From Macrostomum lignano (taxonomy: Eukaryota), in the NCBI GenBank assembly GCA_002269645.1, contig NIVC01001101.1:310001-374000 (forward strand): 64,000 nucleotides of DNA, read 5' to 3'. The notes under the pieces were generated by a model. It was not told the origin of the DNA. It did no database searches and saw only the letters and a list, made by a program, of their open reading frames with translations. This document shows, piece after piece, positions 56,107 through 64,000 of the stretch; within the stretch, counting starts at the first letter, position 1; each line of letters begins with the position of its first letter. Position numbers and translations under genes: made by a program.

Positions 56107-57252
56107 TCAGCCTTTCCAGAACAGATTGTCAAACGGCTTATTTGGCACAGGCTTCAGTACGTAGAAGGCCCCAGGTTTCCTGGGATTAATTTTGCCCTTC
56201 TCAATCTGCAGAACGGCTCCATTGTTGTCGTGGGTGCCGCTGTAGCCCGGGGCGCTGAAGACGGTGACGCAGTGCCGGTTTAGCAGCACGTGGAAGCCTT
56301 CTTTAGCTACCTGGTGGCCGCGGACAACGAAGCTGACCCCGAACTGTTGCAGCACCGAGTCCAGGGCCTCGCTAGAGAACAGAAACGAGCAACCGCGTTT
56401 CGTAGGCGCCCAGTTGATTTTGGTTTTCTCGCCGGTTATCTGGAAGTGGTCGTAGATGACATTGTGCTGCGGATCTGCCCAGAGCAGGTCGCAGTGCACG
56501 CCGAACTGAGGCGGCTCGTACGGTCGGTCCATGCTGTTCAGAGCTTCAACACAGGCGTCCTGATCGCAGTCCAGAAATGGTGGCAGAGAAAAACTTGGCG
56601 ATATGCCGCCGTGGCAGCAGAAGATCTGCCGGCCCACAACGGCACTCAGAGGCAGCCACTGGAAGCAGCGAAGGAAGCCGCGAAGCACCTGGATGCCTTT
56701 CTCCTCGCCGAAGCGCTGGTACAGCTCATCTTTGAAGCCGTACCGAAGGCAGACGTTGGCAGCTTCGTGATTTCCGCGCAGCAGGTAGACTGAGTCTGGA
56801 TACAGCATCATTAAGCAGAGCAGGAGCATCATCACCTCAATTGAGTACTTGCCACGATCGATGTAGTCGCCCAGGAACAGATAGCGAGTTGCGGGCGGCT
56901 GGCCCAGCCCGTCGAAGTAGCGCAGCAGGTCGTGAAATTGGCCGTGTATGTCGCCGACAATGTTGACGGGAGTGCTCACTCGCAGGCAGGGGTTCGTGTG
57001 CCTGCTCATGTACATCAGGGCAGCGTGGCACAGGACTAGGCACTCTTGGGCTGTCACCTTTGGGTGATTCACAAAGTCGTCAACTGGGAAGCTGAGCAGC
57101 CTCATCGCAAACTCTTTGAGGTTAAGTTCGTCTCTGATCACCAGATTGCTGGACGATTCGGTATTGTGATTCGAGCGCGGACCCTCGGTGACGTCAAGGC
57201 CACCGCCGTCGTCCTTATTTGGATCCGCCGTAGATGGCGCTTCTTGATCCAT
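56107..57252 (-). CDS. Intronless PP1-family Ser/Thr protein phosphatase catalytic subunit
   Basis: GDIHGQ, GDYIDRG, RGNHE, HGG, RGHQV, FSAPGY motifs. Confidence 0.95.
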   Translation of the reverse strand: MDQEAPSTADPNKDDGGGLDVTEGPRSNHNTESSSNLVIRDELNLKEFAMRLLSFPVDDFVNHPKVTAQECLVLCHAALMYMSRHTNPCLRVSTPVNIVGDIHGQFHDLLRYFDGLGQPPATRYLFLGDYIDRGKYSIEVMMLLLCLMMLYPDSVYLLRGNHEAANVCLRYGFKDELYQRFGEEKGIQVLRGFLRCFQWLPLSAVVGRQIFCCHGGISPSFSLPPFLDCDQDACVEALNSMDRPYEPPQFGVHCDLLWADPQHNVIYDHFQITGEKTKINWAPTKRGCSFLFSSEALDSVLQQFGVSFVVRGHQVAKEGFHVLLNRHCVTVFSAPGYSGTHDNNGAVLQIEKGKINPRKPGAFYVLKPVPNKPFDNLFWKG

Positions 57253-59127
57253 TGCTGCTCTTGACGCTTGCTGTGGTTCCGCTTCCTAATCGATCGAGCC
57301 GACTTAGAGGTAAAATAAATCCGTCTACTGCTCAAATTGAAATGCCTTGTACTCATATGCCCCCATGCAAAATTCTTTTCAAGCTTCAAGCGCCAATTCT
57401 CTGTTCCATATTCCGAATAATAATAGTCTATGTCCCAAACGAACCTGAGGTTTGCCACGCATTGAGTGTGACTGCCCGCGCCCCTGCTACATTAACTCAG
57501 CACTTTTAATTGCCTCTTTGAGAGTTTTATTAAACAGAACTTCATACTTTCACTGCGATCGATATGGATTTTGCACTCAATGCTCATCGCGGGTTCCTTG
57601 TGCAAGTGCAGCAAAGTAAATGTGCGTACGAGCTAATTCACGTGTACATGACTTAAACTGGGCAATATGTTCGTGTTTTCACTTATCATTACCCTTCCCA
57701 ATGCACTATAGCAAACTTGGTTAGTTTATTTATGCTGCTGAGCTATTTACTGCAGGCACAGCTTCATGAACTTCATTTGCGTTCGAAAGTTGGTTCTGTT
57801 TCAGGTAACTTGTAAATGTAAAAATGGAATCCAGAAAATTACATGTTACATGTACATTGTACATTACGAATGTCATTACGGATGTCATTTTGTAATGTCA
57901 TTACAAAATTACATTTACGGAAGACTAAGACTAATTCACTTAGCATTAAATACCATTTTATCGCATTTCAATCCAATTTACGGGCGTCTAATTATATCAA
58001 AAATGGATGGTTGGTTTAAGCAAACATGACTATGAAATAAACAGACATGCATTTTTGCGAAGTAAAATTATTCGTTCAATTACATGGGCTTATTTAAAAA
58101 ATCACAAGCTCTAAAAGTCACAAAAAGTAAAAAAAATTATAATCTCAAGCCTGAAATTCACAACCTGAGACAAACACCGGCGTTAATATTGGTAGAACTT
58201 AACAATCGATTTTTGTGTAGAAAGAAATAATTTCAATACGAAAGCTCTGCAATCACCTAGTTTAAAAAATCCGGAAGATTTTTTCGTATTAACAAATGAA
58301 TGTGCGCGCACAACAAAAACGTAACTCTAATTTTTGAAGCTAATCTAAGAATTATATTAAAATTACTTGGTTACACTCATATTTTCTGTCGAAAGTAATT
58401 TAATTTCTAAATATTGTTCGCCTATAAAGGTTTACAGTAACAACAACATTTAACATGTCTAATGCACGGTGTATCTTTTCGGAATTCACAGCTGTGGCAG
58501 TTTAGTGTTAGTGTAGTACTCAGATAGTTTGTTTGAAATGGTTTTTCTGTTGTCACTTAGGCCTAATTAAAATTTAAAAGCTATTTGAGTACAAAATATT
58601 GATAGTTGCCTTTAGTCTTTTTTCTGCTATTAATTCACAGACTTCTGATAATAGTAAAAATGCAAATCAACAATTTTTGTACATTCTTCACAATCTAATG
58701 TATTTAAAATACATTTTTGTCCCATTTAAATCATTATAAAGTATTTTTAGATTAAGTTTTCTGTGTTTTAAGTTTAAAATTATTTTTTGTAATGCATACT
58801 TGTATAACAGGTGTGGTTATAGTGAATTAATTTTGTATTTATTGTATGAAATTTTTAATGTGAAGCTCTGACAAGGATGCAAATAAAAAAATCTAATATT
58901 TTTTTGTAAAAAATTCTTATAGTTATTGCAAATTTGGCTCATATATTAAGACTAGATTTCTTGGTATAGTTCTGAATTCCTTCAAATAATAAATTAGAGT
59001 AAATATATTTACTGTATTTTATTTGTAGAATATTTTATTGATTGTAAAAAATATTAAGCCAATTTAAGGCAACAATAATTAAAAAAAACATTTCATTTGT
59101 TTCCATTACCAGCTGAAGCAATCAGTT

Positions 59128-63997
<4,870 letters not shown>

Positions 63998-64000
63998 GTG

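Overview
Eukaryotic (metazoan) genomic DNA; the satellite-filled introns and multiple WSC genes resemble a flatworm such as Macrostomum (inference only). 1-~35.7 kb: three tandem copies of an ~11.1-11.7 kb unit, each with four minisatellites (34, 17, 53, 33 bp), the last two exons of a MAP7-like gene and a secreted WSC+PAN-like gene. At the end of copy 3 lie four insertions whose borders can be read directly: a deleted P-element (32227-33835, 8-bp TSD), a deleted Gypsy LTR element (34100-35532, 4-bp TSD), an unclassified TIR element (35770-55636) and, nested inside it, a full-length 16.8-kb Polinton/Maverick (36514-53287, AGTAGTAG termini, 6-bp TSD GTGATG). The Polinton has the usual core set (integrase, minor and major capsid, adenain-like protease, packaging ATPase, pPolB), with several genes frameshifted, often in homopolymer runs. 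It also carries a TATA-binding-protein homologue and a tandem PC4-like protein, and the same TATATAAG box precedes three of its own ORFs. This is a candidate self-encoded promoter-recognition module and the main finding; novelty could not be checked without databases. Right end: an intronless PP1-family phosphatase, and an FBXO15-like gene with a second WSC+PAN gene nested antisense in its intron.
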